A stretch of 64,000 bases of DNA from Macrostomum lignano (lineage: Eukaryota): assembly GCA_002269645.1 (NCBI GenBank), contig NIVC01003723.1, positions 1 to 64,000 of the forward strand, read 5' to 3'. Below are positions 35,718 to 49,400 of this stretch, piece by piece. Numbering within the stretch: position 1 is the first letter of the stretch; every line of letters starts with the position of its first letter. The translations under genes and the position numbers were made by a program. Under the pieces are notes generated by a model. That model was not told the origin of the DNA. It worked only from the letters and a program-made list of their open reading frames with translations, and did not search any database.

Positions 35718-38700
35718 TCACAGATCTGGTTGACTCGAATCGGTTGGCCGCAGAGCCACAACGGTGCCAGCGGCGACTGTAACGCCCCGGTCTCTGAGCA
35801 TGAACTTGCCTAACTCTCTACTATTAGTATAGACGTCGAGGCATAGCGGCCGGTCCAATTGTAGTTCAACTTCGGCGCAGCAATTGCTGAGTATGTAGCG
35901 CGGATGCCGGCGCTCCAGCTGACCAGTGGATTTGTTAATCTGGGCTAGTAGGCGGATTATCGTGACCGGGACTGACACGGCTTGCTGGTGGAATATTGCT
36001 TGGTAGCCCTGGATAGATAATAGTCGGTAAAGTAATTATAAACTATAAATCACCGCTTTGTAAAAATACGTGATTTGCCAACCTCTCCGGAGGGGGGATT
36101 GGAATCTAGTCCACTATACTAAATCTTATCAATTCAGAAATACGTGATTTGCCAACCTCCCCAGAGGGGGGATTGGAATCTAGTCCACTATACTAAATCT
36201 TATCAATGCAGAAATACGTGATTTGCCAACCTCTCCGGAGGGGGGATTGGAATCTAGTCCACTATACTAAATCTTATCAATTCAGAAATACGTGATTTGC
36301 CAACCTCCCCAGAGGGGGGATTGGAATCTAGTCCACTATACTAAATCTTATCAATGCAGAAATACGTGATTTGCCAACCTCTCCGGAGGGGGGTTGGAAT
36401 CTAGTCTAATATACTAAAGTTGAGTTTGTTTGTTTGTTTGTTTGCTTGTAACAGAAAATCTTGCGAACGGAATGACCGATTTTCTCCGTTTTTGCACCAT
36501 TAGATGGCAAATTGTCCGGAATCGGTACACGTATTTTTAATAAGCAATCCAAATTAAAGAGGCCTCTCAATTGTCAGAAAACAGGTTTTTGCCCATCTCG
36601 CTAATGTATTTTTTCGGCAGTGAGAGCTTGCAAACGGTTTTGGCCATAGATTATAATGCTAATAGCTGTAGGCTGCTTGGTTTTTATGTAGCCCACTGCT
36701 TCCTTTCCTTCTTTCTTTTCTAAATTTGATGTTATCAAAACGATGAGAGCTAGCCTAGAGGTGAACAAACTGAACTGCTAAATGCAGCGACGATGGTTCG
36801 AATTTTCATAGAGTATAATTTTTTTAATTAAAGCTTTTCAACGTCAGGAAAACTAAAAGACTTTTTAAAAAGAAGCGTCATGTAAAAATCATAGAAGCGT
36901 CATGTAAACAATCATAGAAGCGTCATGTAAACAATCATTGAAGCGTCAATTAAAAATCATTGAAGCGTCATTTAAAAATCATAAAAGCGTTATTTAAAAA
37001 AATCATAAAAGCGTCATGTAAAAAATCGTAGAAGCGCCATGTAAACAATCATAGAAGCGTCATGTAAAAAATCATAGAAGCGTCATGTAAAAAATCATAG
37101 AAGCGTCATGTAAACAATCATAGAAGCATCATGTAAAAAATCATTGAAGCGTCATTTACAAATCATAGAAGCGTCATGTAAACAATCATATAAGCGTCAT
37201 GTAAACAATCATAGAAGCGTCATGTAAACAATCATAGAAGCGTCATGTAAAAAATCATAGAAGCGTCATGTAAAAAATCATAGAAGCGTCATGTAAACAA
37301 TCATAGAAGCATCATGTAAAAAATCATTGAAGCGTCATTTACAAATCATAGAAGCGTCATGTAAACAATCATAGAAGCGTCATGTAAACAATCATAGAAG
37401 CGTCACGTAAAAAATCGTAGAAGCGTCATGTAAACAATCATAGAAGCGTCATGTAAAAAGTCATAGAAGCGTCATGTAAAAAATCATAGTAGCGTCATGT
37501 AAAAAATCATAGAAGCGTCATGTAAAAAATCGTAGAAGCGCCATGTAAACAATCATATAAGCGTCATGTAAACAATCATAGAAGCGTCATTTAAAAAATT
37601 AAGAAGCATCAGGGTACAATAAAAGAAGCGTCATGTCAGACATGAAGGGTGTCATGTAAAAATTTAATGCAGCTATAATGCTGTGCTGGGGAGAAAAACT
37701 GAGACGTAAAGGCTCTCAGAGAATAACTGAGATTACGGGGGGGGGGTTCTGAGATGTCAAAGCAAAAGTCAGAAGCTACTTCAAAGTTCATGTACTTTAC
37801 TCAATTTTTTATTGCATTCTTTGTTGGCTCGCCACGGGGGGGCGCTGATAGAAGAAGATTCATGTAAAAAATAAAAGTAGCACTATGTATACATAAAAGA
37901 AAAGTCTTGTCGAAGTTAAAAGATTCATTTGGGAATTGCTACAATGTCAAAGCTTGGTGGAAATTGTTATAGTGCTGTGATTCTTAAAGAAGGAATCACT
38001 AAAATGTCAAGGCTTAGGGGAGAAGAATTGCTGAGATTTCAAGGCTTTAGGTTGGGTTAAAGTTAGGTTTAGGTCAGGTGTGGGTTGAGGGTTATATTTT
38101 TATCGGGTTTCAAGGTTAACAGAATAACAGGGGATTTTTTAGATTTCAAGGTTTATGGGGGCCATCGCTGACATGTCAAGGCTTACGGGGGGAATAGCTG
38201 AGATGTCAAGGCTCACGGGGGTATAAATGAGATTTCAAGGCTAAAGTCAGAAGCTACATGAAGTTTATTGAAAACTTTTTATTACATTATTTGATGCCTC
38301 CTCAGGGGAGGGATCGCTGATAAAAAAAGCGTAATGTAAAAAATAAAAGAAGCTTCATGTCGAAGTTAAGAGATTCATTTGGGAATCCCTACGATGTCGA
38401 GGCTTGCAGGGAATCGCTATAATGCTGTAGTGCTATAATGACTCTTAGAGAGAATTACTGAAATTTCAATGCTTTAGGGTTAGGTTAGGGTTAGGGTTAG
38501 GGTTAGGGTTAGGGTAGGCTAGGGTTAGGGTTAGAAGGTTGACAGATATTTTTAGATTTCCAAGGCTTATTGGGGGCATTGCTGAGATGTCAAGGGGGGA
38601 AGTTGATATGTTAAAGCTTGTGGGGGGGGGAATTACTGGCATGTCAAGGCTTACAAGGTTTGACAGGAGATTTTTTAAGATTTCAAGGATACATGTAGCT

Positions 38701-41700
38701 TATTAAAAAAACGTGTATTGCATTTTTTTGGCTCCCCAACGGGGGGCGTAGATTGCTAGTCCACTATACTAAATCTTTTCAATTCAGAAATACGTGATTT
38801 GCCAACCTCTTCGGAGGGGGGGGGTTGGAATCTAGTCCACTATACTAAATCTTATCAATTCAGAAATACGTGATTTGCCAACATCTCCGGAGGGGGGATT
38901 GGAATCTAGTCCACTATACTGAATCTTATCAATTCAGAAATACGTGATTTGCCAACCTCTCCGGAGGGGGGATTGGAATCTAGTTCACTATACTAAATCT
39001 TATCAATTCAGAAATACGTGATTTGCCAACCTCTCCGGAGGGAGGATTGGAATCTAGTTCACTATACTAAATCTTATCAATTCAGAAATACGTGATTTGC
39101 CAACCTCTCCGGAGGGGGGATTGGAATCTAGTCCACTATACTAAATCTTATCAATGCAGAAATACGTGATTTGCCAACCTCTCCGGAGGGGGGATTGGAT
39201 TCTAGTCCACTATACTAAATCTTATCAATTCAGAAATACGTGATTTGCCAACCTCTCCGGAGGGGGGATTGGAATCTAGTTCACTATACTAAATCTTATC
39301 AATGCAGAAATACGTGATTTGCCAACCTCTCCGGAGGGGGGATTGGAATCTAGTCCACTATACTAAATCTTATCAATGCAGAAATACGTGATTTGCCAAC
39401 CTCTCCGGAGGGGGGGTTGGAATCTAGTCCACTATACTAAATCTTATCAATTCAGAAATACGTGATTTGCCAACCTCTCCGGAGGGGGGTTGGAATCTAG
39501 TCCACTATACTAAATCTTATCAATTCTGAAATACGTGATTTGCCAACCTCTCCGGAGGGGGGGTTGGAATCTAGTCCACTATACTAAATCTTATCAATTC
39601 AGAAATACGTGATTTGCCAACCTCTCCGGAGGGGGGATTGGAATCTAGTCCACTATACTAAATCTTATCAATTCAGAAATACGTGATTTGCCAACCTCTC
39701 CGGAGGGGGGATTGGAATCTAGTCCACTATACTAAATCTTATCAATGCAGAAATACGTGATTTGCCAACCTCTCCGGAGGGGGGATTGGAATCTAGTCCA
39801 CTATACTAAATCTTATCAATGCAGAAATACGTGATTTGCCAACCTCTCCGGAGGGGGGGGGGTTGGAATCTAGTCCACTATACTAAATCTTATCAATTCA
39901 GAAATACGTGATTTGCCAACCTCTCCGGAGGGGGGTTGGAATCTAGTCCAGAATACTAAAATATGAAGAGAATACATTTTTCTTCTGTGAAAATCATCAA
40001 AATTGTTATCAAAAGTCATCAAAATTGTCTTTAATAAGATTCTACTATTTATCGACTTACTTTATGTCTGAAGCTTTTGTTAACCATGTATATTAAAACC
40101 TGTAAACATGTATATTAGTATAATGTATATTATATTAAGATAAGAAAACAAAGAAAAATTCACCTTAGTAACCGGCTGGCTAACATTTATCAGAAGCAGT
40201 TTAGCTCTCAGCCGATTAGTACACGGACAGGGCATGGTCACGGAGGACAGCACCGACCCGGGCCCGAAGTGAGCCGGATCGACGCCACCCCCGGAAACGC
40301 TGATAGTGCCGGAATCGCCGGCAAAGATGGCCGAACCAGCAGCCGCGGAAGCATCCTGACCGCTAGATGTCACAGCTTTAACTGTTATCCGTTGATTAGC
40401 AGGCAATAACAATAATTTATGACCTGGAGCCGCGTAGCCCGACAGTGCGTTGCCGAAGCAGGTCACCGCGCCGGAGCCGCCGGTGCCGCGACCGCCGGTG
40501 GATACCTCCGAGATGTAGAAGCGTAGCGGCTTGTCCACCGATCGGGGTGGCGGAGTTAAACGATCGATCAGGTCAACCAGTGTTGGTCCTGATGCGTACC
40601 TTTTGGGGTGGCGATTAGAAATTATGGGAAGTATTAATCATATTTGTTAATCATATCAACATAGCTTGTTCAGATTATTATTTGTCTCCAGTGCAATATG
40701 TGATTTGACTAGAAAGCAGACTACTTACTGAATCTACTGGCTCAACTTACCAAATAGATTATTCAATAGTATATACTAACTGAACTGAATCTATAAACCA
40801 GATTAACGAATACAAAACCCTGGCTACCGAATCAACAAATCAGGCTACCGAAACTACCAAGCGACTCACCAGGGACACAGTTCAGCTGACAAGGGCTTAT
40901 TGAGATTGGCCCCCTCCAGGCCAGACACGGGACAATAGCTAACGCAGTCCGGCTTAAACCCAACGGATTTCAAATAGACGCCAAGTTTGTCGCGAATTTC
41001 AGCGAATCGAGTCTCGGACCATTTGGCCGTGTCCATCTTGTTGATGGCCACCACCAGCTGGCCGATGCCCAGACCCCTGGCTAGCAGGGCATGCTCTCGG
41101 GTCTGGCCGCCCTGGTCGAAGCCGCTTTCAAATTCGCCTCTGGTGGCGTTGATCACCAGCAGGGCGGCGTCCGCGGCCATGGCGCCGCTGATCATGTTCG
41201 GTATGAAGTCCTTGTGACCGGGGCAATCTAGAAGATTAACTAGCCGGTGAGGCGTGCTCAGCTGACTACGAGCGACGTCCATTGTGACGCCGCGTTGGCG
41301 CTCCTCCTCGCTTTCGTCTAGGACCCAGGCGAATTGGAAGCTGGGCTTGCCGGCTTTGCGGCACTCCTTTAATGCATTTGGCAAGGGGAAGGCGATACTA
41401 AGAGTGAGGATAATAGGGGTCTGAGTGGCTCGCCCAGCAACTGAGGATCTGGGAGGCTGGCCCAGCAACTGAGGATCTGGGAGGCTGGCCCAGCAACTGA
41501 GGATCTGGGAGGCTGGCCCAGCAACTGAGGATCTGGGAGGCTGGCCCAGCAACTGAGGATCTGGGAGGCTGGCCCAGCAACTGAGGATCTGGGAGGCTGG
41601 CCCAGCAACTGAGAATCTGGGAGGCTGGCCCAGCAACTGAGAATCTGGGAGGCTGGCCCAGCAACTGAGGATCTGGGAGGCTGGCCCAGCAACTGAGAAT

Positions 41701-42477
41701 CTGGGAGGCTGGCCCAGCAACCGAGGATCTGGGAGTTCAGGAAGTTTCAGCCAGGAACTCAAAGACAGAAATTCTAACCACAAACTTTACATATCAAGCT
41801 CCAATACAACAGCTAGCAGTAAGAATGAGTATAATTGTCAGCCTCACCTGTTCATACCGGTGAATAACTTTCTGACTAACTGCGCCCAGCAGATACAACA
41901 AGTGGCCAATTAGCGTACTTTTACCGGCGTCCACGTGACCAATAATCACTAAATTAATCATGGCCCGGTCGCCCAAGCCAGCGCAATACCGTTTGTAGGC
42001 CTCCGCCGCCGAAGCTTCGGTCGAATCGCCGCCAGCAGAGTCAGGATCGGCGCCGTTTTTTCTAGGCGGCGCCGGGCTGGCGCTACGGGAGTTGCTGGCG
42101 CTATTAGCGGCCTGCTGCTGCTGCTGCTGCTGTTTAGTCGAGAGTAGCCGAGGCGAAGGCGAAGGGACGGATGGCGAGACGGCTACGGCGCCGGCAAAAC
42201 CAACTTTGACGCTGTGCGCCGGTCCAGCCGTAGCCACGTGAAGGCGCGCCATTTGTGGCGCCGGCGCCGATTGGGGTGGCTCCTCTTTGACGTCAGGCAG
42301 AGGAGGCTGGGTGATCCGGCCGCCCGTGTCCTTGTCCCGGACAAACAGGTAAGCGCTGGCGGTGGCCGGCGACACGCCGAAGGCCGGCTCGTCTTCGAAC
42401 GAGTGGCCGAACGATTCGTCTACGTCGTAGTCTTCGTCGTCGTTTAAAGCGATGTTTTTCACTCGACGACGGGACAT
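35718..42477 (-). CDS. HBS1L: HBS1-like translational GTPase (ribosome rescue, Pelota partner), about 617 aa, 4 exons
   Basis: Exons 42477-41848, 41366-40870, 40599-40164 and 36008-35718 in phase. HBS1 N-domain [17 protein letters not shown]...[11 protein letters not shown]; G1 [10 protein letters not shown]; [21 protein letters not shown]; DCPGHKDF; NKMD; C-terminal beta-barrel [16 protein letters not shown]. Confidence 0.95.
36405..38759 (+). mobile_element. Non-autonomous Helitron-like element (2.35 kb) nested in the 74-bp array
   Basis: 5' TCTAATATACTAAAG followed by (GTTT)n and AACGGAATGACCGATTT; 3' CCCCAACGGGG hairpin then TGCTAG|T. It joins exactly at unit boundaries with no TSD. Internally it has a 23-bp minisatellite (36870-37620) and degenerate 430-470 bp repeats. 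Confidence 0.65.
38474..38534 (+). repeat. Interstitial telomeric-type (TTAGGG)n, about 10 units
   Basis: TTAGGG TTAGG (TTAGGG)5 TAGGC TAGGG TTAGGG TTAG; a decayed copy lies at 38045-38095. Confidence 0.85.
41430..41735 (+). repeat. 28-bp minisatellite, HBS1L intron 1
   Basis: Unit GGCCCAGCAACTGAGGATCTGGGAGGCT. Confidence 0.92.
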
Positions 42478-42544
42478 GATGAGGCTGGCGAGGCTGAGGC
42501 TGGAAGCATGGAATAGAGCATAGTCGATGGGGTGGCTCAGAGAG

Positions 42545-42915
42545 ACTAAAAAACGGTAGGGAAAGATGAGACTAGAGTACAAAAGGGTGAGACTAGAGAA
42601 CAGGATGGTGAGACTAGAGAACACGATGGTGAGACTAGAGAACAGAAGGGTGAGACCAGAGTACAGGAGGGTGAGAACAGAGAACAGGACGGAGAGACTA
42701 GAGTATAGGAGGGTGAGACTAGAGTACAGGAGAGTGAGAACAGAGAACAGGAGAGTGAGACTAGAGAACAGGAGGGTGAGACTAGAGAACAGAAAGGTGA
42801 GACTAGAGAACAGAAAGGTGAGACTAGAGAACAGAAAGGTGAGACTAGAGAACAGAAAGGTGAGACTAGAGTACAGGAGGGTGATACTAGAGAACAGAAA
42901 GGTGAGACTAAAGAA
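42545..42915 (+). repeat. 21-bp purine-rich minisatellite upstream of the HBS1L ATG
   Basis: Unit GGTGAGACTAGAGAACAGRAR; pyrimidine-rich on the coding strand. Confidence 0.85.
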
Positions 42916-43144
42916 CAGGTGCGCAGGATTAAAAACACTACAAAGAGAACAATAACCAGAAATAAGATGAATATGCGCAACAGGCGCATTGGTTCCTGGA
43001 GTACTGAATCAAAGGTGGCATGACCCAGCCTAATAATACATTTTATTTGTCATTCACAATCGGTCGCTTTTGGGAGAAACAATGATCAGGGGTTTTCAAA
43101 GCTACTTATTATCGAGCCGTGCCAGAAAAGGTGGGATCATCGGA

Positions 43145-43345
43145 ATTAGACAGGGTTTCTAAGAATCGGTAGTTTATACCGAGTTTCTAAGAATCAGGAT
43201 TGGACAATGGCAGTTTCTAAGAATCGAGATTAGACAGGGTTTCTAAGAATCGGTAGTTTATACCCAGTTTCTAAGAATCAGGATAGGACAATGGCAGTTT
43301 CTAAGAATCGAGATTAGACAGGGTTTCTAAGAATTGGAATTAGAC
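43145..43345 (+). repeat. 84-bp tandem repeat built from TTTCTAAGAATC subunits
   Basis: Period about 84 bp (43153/43237). Confidence 0.75.
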
Positions 43346-43445
43346 CGAGACTTAATGTTTTGGATCGCGGGACTTCAAGATTTAGGACTATAAAGGAAAA
43401 GTATGTGGCATAACCAGTCGAACAAAAATGCCAGGAAAAGCTCAG

Positions 43446-46400
43446 TTAAGCTGCCTTCTTGGCCGACTTCCGTCTCAGCTTAGCGGGAGGCGGCGATTCA
43501 GATTCCTCGCTGCTGGCCACATCTTCCGGTTCGTCCACTTTGGCCGAGGCACTCGCCGCTTCCGGCTGTTCAGTTGGTTCGACATCACCATCCGACGAAG
43601 GCGGTAGCCAAACAATGCAACGGGTTGGCCGACAATTCGATTGCAAATCCAGACGGTGCAACAGGTTCAGAGTGCCGGCCTTCTGGTTCAGACTGGCCAG
43701 CACTATGCAGTTGGCGTCTCTGTAATTTAGTTATTATTATATAGATTTAGATTAGTAGCATTGATAATTCGATGATTTTCCTTGTATTGCTACTGTCAGT
43801 AGTTCAGTTTGGATATAATTAAGTTAAACTTTTTATACTTTTTAAAATACAGTATAAAACAGAGATTTCTTTGCTTTTTAGTAGCAAAACTGCAAAAGCC
43901 TAAATTTCAATTTTCACTAAATTAAAATGGTTCGCCTTTTTCGGTAGGTATCTATCTATATGGATTTAAAATTAGATTGAAAACCAATAGTCATTAAAGA
44001 AAAACAGATGAAAAGTTACTTTTAGCTTTTGAAATCCTAATTAGTTTAGTTTAAACTAAAACAGCTGCTTTTAGTTCCTAAAAACCTAAACAAAAACAGC
44101 TGTTTTAGTTCCTAAAAACCTAAACTAGAACAGCTACTTTGAGTTCATAAAAACCTAAACTAAAACAGCTACTTTATTAGTTCCTAAAAACCTAAACTAA
44201 AACAACTACTTTATTAGTTCCTAAAAACCTAAACTAGAACAGCTACTTTATTAGTTCCTAAAAACCTAAACTAGAACAGCTACTTTATTAGTTCCTAAAA
44301 ACCTAAACTAAAACAGCTACTTTTTTAGTTCCTAAAAAACTAAACTAAAACAACTACTTTATTAGTTCCTAAAAACCGTAACTAAAACAGCTACTTTTTT
44401 AGTTTCTAAAAACCGTAACTAAAACAGCTACTTTATTAGTTCCTAAAAACCTAAACTAAAACAGCTACTTTATTAGTTCCTAAAAACCTAAACTAAAACA
44501 ACTACTTTATTAGTTCCTAAAAACCTAAACTAGAACAGCTACTTTATTAGTTCCTAAAAACCTAAACTAAAACAGCTACTTTATTAGTTCCTAAAAACCT
44601 AAACTAAAACAGCTACTTTTTTAGTTCCTAAAAACCTAAACTAGAACAGCTACTTCATTAGTTCCTAAAAACCTAAACTAAAACAGCTACTTTATTAGTT
44701 CCTAAAAACCTAAACTAAAACAGCTACTTTATTAGTTCCTAAAAACCTAAACTAAAACAGCTACTTTATTAGTTCCTAAAAACCTAAACTAGAACAGCTA
44801 CTTTATTAGTTCCTAAAAACCTAAACTAAAACAGCTACTTTATTAGTTCCTAAAAACCTAAACTAAAACAGCTACTTTTTTAGTTCCTAAAAACCTAAAC
44901 TAGAACAGCTACTTCATTAGTTCCTAAAAACCTAAACTAAAACAGCTACTTTATTAGTTCCTAAAAACCTAAACTAAAACAACTACTTTATTAGTTCCTA
45001 AAAACCTAAACTAAAACAGCTGCTTTTAGTTCCTAAAAACCTAAACAAAAACAGCTGTTTTAGTTCATAAAAACCTAAACTAGAACAGCTACTTTATTAG
45101 TTCCTAAAAACCTAAACTAAAACAGCTACTTTATTAGTTCCTAAAAACCTAAACTAAAACAGCTACTTTTTTAGTTCCTAAAAACCTAAACTAAAACAGC
45201 TACTTTATTAGTTCCTAAAAAACTAAACTAAAACAACTACTTTATTAGTTCATAAAAACCTAAACTAAAACAGCTACTTTTTTACTTCCTAAAAACCTAA
45301 ACTAAAACAACTACTTTATTAGTTCCTAAAAACCTAAACTAAAAAAGCTACTTTATTAGTTCCTAAAAACCTAAACTAAAACAGCTACTTTTTTACTTCC
45401 TAAAAACCTAAACTAAAACAACTACTTTATTAGTTCCTAAAAACCTAAACTAAAAAAGCTACTTTATTAGTTCCTAAAAACCTAAACTAAAACAGCTACT
45501 TTATTAGTTCCTAAAAACCTAAACTAAAACAGCTACTTTTTAGCTCCTAAAAACCTTAACTAAAACATCTACTTTTAGTCCCTAGTTTTTAATTTTTAGG
45601 TACTAGAAAACCAAAACCGAAACTGGCAGCTAGCTTTGCCAGATATGCAAAAAAACACTTTAAAAATTTCTTCCCCATCATTAAACCTACCTGCCAGTAC
45701 ACACGGCAGCAAGCATTTGCCGGTTTTTCTGACCTTGACCAGCTGCGTCCAACCAAGCGGTCGCGTCCTTGACTCGACCGACCGCCTCCTTGAGCAGGTT
45801 GCCGTCAGCAATGCATTCTCCGCTAGTAGCTCTTAAGCAATTCAGCACACCGTCTGAGCGACCAACAAGCATCGCGGTTTTACACTTAAACGAAGGCCAA
45901 TCATCTGATGATAAAAATGAATCGTTGCTAATCCTAGCACAGGTGACGGCAACTCCAACAGAGCTGCTGATTTTATTGATTTCCCAGCTGTGTTGGCACT
46001 CGCAGGTGTCGATGTTGTGCCAGTCAATTGAGTCGCTGTACACCAGAGCGAACACAGTTGAACTGCACCATAGAATTGAGTCCGGCTGACGCTTCAGCTT
46101 CAGGGCGTAGCTGAGGGGTTGAGCATGATATTGTACAGTGAGCTGCTGTTTGCTATGACAAGTTGCTGTGGCATTGAGCTTCTCAGGGGCTGCTACCCCT
46201 TCTCTACCCCAGGGTTTCTCAAGTATGGCTGCTACCCCCTCCTCTACCCCCAGGGTTTCTCAATTATGGCTGCTACCCCCTTCTCTACCCCCAGGGTTTC
46301 TCAATTATGGCTGCTACCCCTCCTCTACCCCCAGGGTTTCTCAATTATGGCTGCTACCCCTTCTCTACCCCCAGGGTTTCTCAATTATGGCTGCTACCCC

Positions 46401-49400
46401 TCCTCTACCCCCAGGGTTTCTCAATTATGGCTGCTACCCCTCCTCTACCCCCAGGGTTTCTCAATTATGGCTGCTACCCCTCCTCTACCCCCAGGGTTTC
46501 TCAATTATGGCTGCTACCCCCTCCTCTACCCCAGGGTTTCTCAATTATGGCTGCTACCCCTCCTCTACCCCCAGGGTTTCTCAATTATGGCTGCTACCCC
46601 TCCTCTACCCAGGGTTTCTCAATTATGGCTGCTACCCCTCCTCTACCCCAGGGTTTCTCAATTATGGCTGCTACCCCTCCTCTACCCCAGGGTTTCTCAA
46701 TTATGGCTGCTACCCCTTCTCTACCCCAGGGTTTCTCAAGTATGGCTGCTACCCCTCCTCTACCCCAGGGTTTCTCAATTATGGCTGCTACCCCTTCTCT
46801 ACCCCAGGGTTTCTCAATTATGGCTGCTACCCCTCCTCTACCCCAGGGTTTCTCAATTATGGCTGCTACCCCTCCTCTACCCCAGGGTTTCTCAATTATG
46901 GCTGCTACCCCTCCTCTACCCCCAGGGTTTCTCAATTATGGCTGCTACCCCTCCTCTACCCCAGGGTTTCTCAATTATGGCTGCTACCCCTCCTCTACCC
47001 CAGGGTTTCTCAATTATGGCTGCTACCCCTTCTCTACCCCAGGGTTTCTCAATTATGGCTGCTACCCCTTCTCTACCCCAGGGTTTCTCAAGTATGGCTG
47101 CTACCCCTCCTCTACCCCAGGGTTTCTCAATTATGGCTGCTACCCCTCCTCTACCCCAGGGTTTCTCAAGTATGGCTGCTACCCCTTCTCTACCCCCAGG
47201 GTTTCTCAATTATGGCTGCTACCCCTCCTCTACCCCAGGGTTTCTCAATTATGGCTGCTACCCCCTCCTCTACCCCCAGGGTTTTTCAATTATGGCTGCT
47301 ACCCCCTTCTCTACCCCCAGGGTTTCTCAATTATGGCTGCTACCCCTCCTCTACCCCAGGGTTTCTCAATTATGGCTGCTACCCCTCCTCTACCCCCAGG
47401 GTTTCTCAATTATGGCTGCTACCCTCTTCTCTACCCCCAGGGTTTCTCAATTATGGCTGCTACCCCTCCTCTACCCCCAGGGTTTCTCAATTATGGCTGC
47501 TACCCCCTTCTCTACCCCCAGGGTTTCTCAATTATGGCTGCTACCCCTTCTCTACCCCAGGGTTTCTCAATTATGGCTGCTACCCCTTCTCTACCCCAGG
47601 GTTTCTCAATTATGGCTGCTACCCCTCCTCTACCCCAGGGTTTCTCAATTATGGCTGCTACCCCCTTCTCTACCCCAGGGTTTCTCAATTATGGCTGCTA
47701 CCCCTTCTCTACCCCAGGGTTTCTCAATTATGGCTGCTACCCCCTTCTCTACCCCAGGGTTTCTCAATTATGGCTGCTACCCCTCCTCTACCCCCAGGGT
47801 TCCTCAATTGTGGCTGCTACCCCCTCCTCTACCCCCAGGGTTCCTCAATTATGACTGCTACCCCCTCCTCTACCCCCAGGGTTCCTCAATTATGGCTGCT
47901 ACCCCCTCCTCTACCCCCAGGGTTCCTCAATTATGGCTGCTACCCCCTCCTCTACCCCCAGGGTTTTTCAATTGAATGAATGAGTGATTTTAATAAACGT
48001 GTCATACTCTATTGTTTTACATTTCCAATATAAACCTACATGTAATAAAAGTGTTTTCTATAGAATGAAGAACACATGCCAGATAAAACGAATGAATTTT
48101 AACCCAGGGTCATCAAGCTTGCGATAAACAGGAGAGCCAAGAAGATCAGAGCCCATTAGAACAGTTACAAGCTGTGTAAACATAGATAGAAAAACCCATG
48201 TTATAGAATATAGCTAGCTACTATCCGAAATGCACCTGTTTATAAATTTCTGCATCAAATTAAGATTAAACAAACTGCAAGTTCCAGTGCTAAAAAAATG
48301 TTTACTTTTAATATATAGCAAACCCAATGTCAGACCCTAGCGTCAATTTACTTTAAACTATAGAAATCTATTTTCTCACTCAACTTATCCACTAGATTCT
48401 TAGAACAGATCAAGAGCGTTTCTTAGAACAGGTCAAGGACGATTTTTAGAACAGGTCAAAGGCGAATCTTAGAACAGGTCAAGGATGATTCTTAGAACAG
48501 GTCAAGAGCGTTTCTTAGAACAGGTCAAGGACGATTTTTAGAACAGGTCAAAGGCGAATCTTAGAACAGGTCAAGGATGATTCTTAGAACAGGTCAATGA
48601 CGATTCTTAGAACAGGTCAATGACGATTCTTAGAACAGGTCAAAGGCGATTCTTAGAACAGGTCAAGGGCGAATCATAGAACAGGTCAAGGGCGATTATT
48701 AGAACAGGTCAAGGGCGATTCTTAGAACAGGTCAAAGGCGATTCTTAGAACAGGTCAAAGGCGATTCTTAGAACAGGTCAAAGGCGATTCTTAGAACAGG
48801 TCAAGGGCGATTCTTAGAACAGGTAAAAGGCGATTCTTAGAACAGGTCAAGGGCGATTATTAGAACAGGTCAAGGGCGATTCTTAGAACAGGTCAAAAGA
48901 ATTTGAACAGAATAACAAACCAAACAAGCCGGCACTCACGCCTGCCTTCCTCGTATGAGATTCCAGGCTCGCAGGGTGCAATCGTCCCCAATAGACAGAG
49001 CCAGCCGACCCGACTGGTGCACTCCCAGAGATCTGACGCCCTCCTTATGCCGACGCATTGTCCGAAGGCACTCCCAGCCGCGGCAAGACCAAATCGCTAA
49101 GCTCTTATCGCTGCTGCAGCTTAGCAGATGAGAATCGCCAAAGAATGCCAGATCCGTAACTCCGCCTTCGTGCTGCATCAACTGGCCCAGCTTGCGCAGG
49201 CTAGACAGATTGTACAGACTAATCTGTTCGTCTCGAGAGCCGCTGGCTAGCCGACCATTGGGAGACACAGCTAAGCAAGCTATCGCCTTCAGGTGCGCCG
49301 ACGCCTCGGTGAATAGAGGCCGAAGTGTACGCGAAAGCGACGAAGATTGATCAGACGGAGTGTCTGCTGACAGATTGCTGACTGAGTAACCGGCAAGGCC

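Larger units (their letters stand above)
36064..39960 (+). repeat. 74-bp tandem array of Helitron-terminus-like units (5 copies, then about 16 copies), split by a nested element
   Basis: Unit TCCACTATACTAAATCTTATCAATTCAGAAATACGTGATTTGCCAACCTCTCCGGAGGGGGGATTGGAATCTAG: starts TC, ends CTAG, with a GC-rich hairpin just before the end. Confidence 0.85.

Noticed and set aside
46119-47979. 515-618 aa ORFs in three frames (also ORFs at 117-807, 15323-16618, 20060-21056, 28812-31779, 52555-53416 and 55964-56647)
   Set aside because: They are translations of stop-free tandem repeats lying inside introns or spacers of real genes, with overlapping ORFs in several frames and no codon bias.
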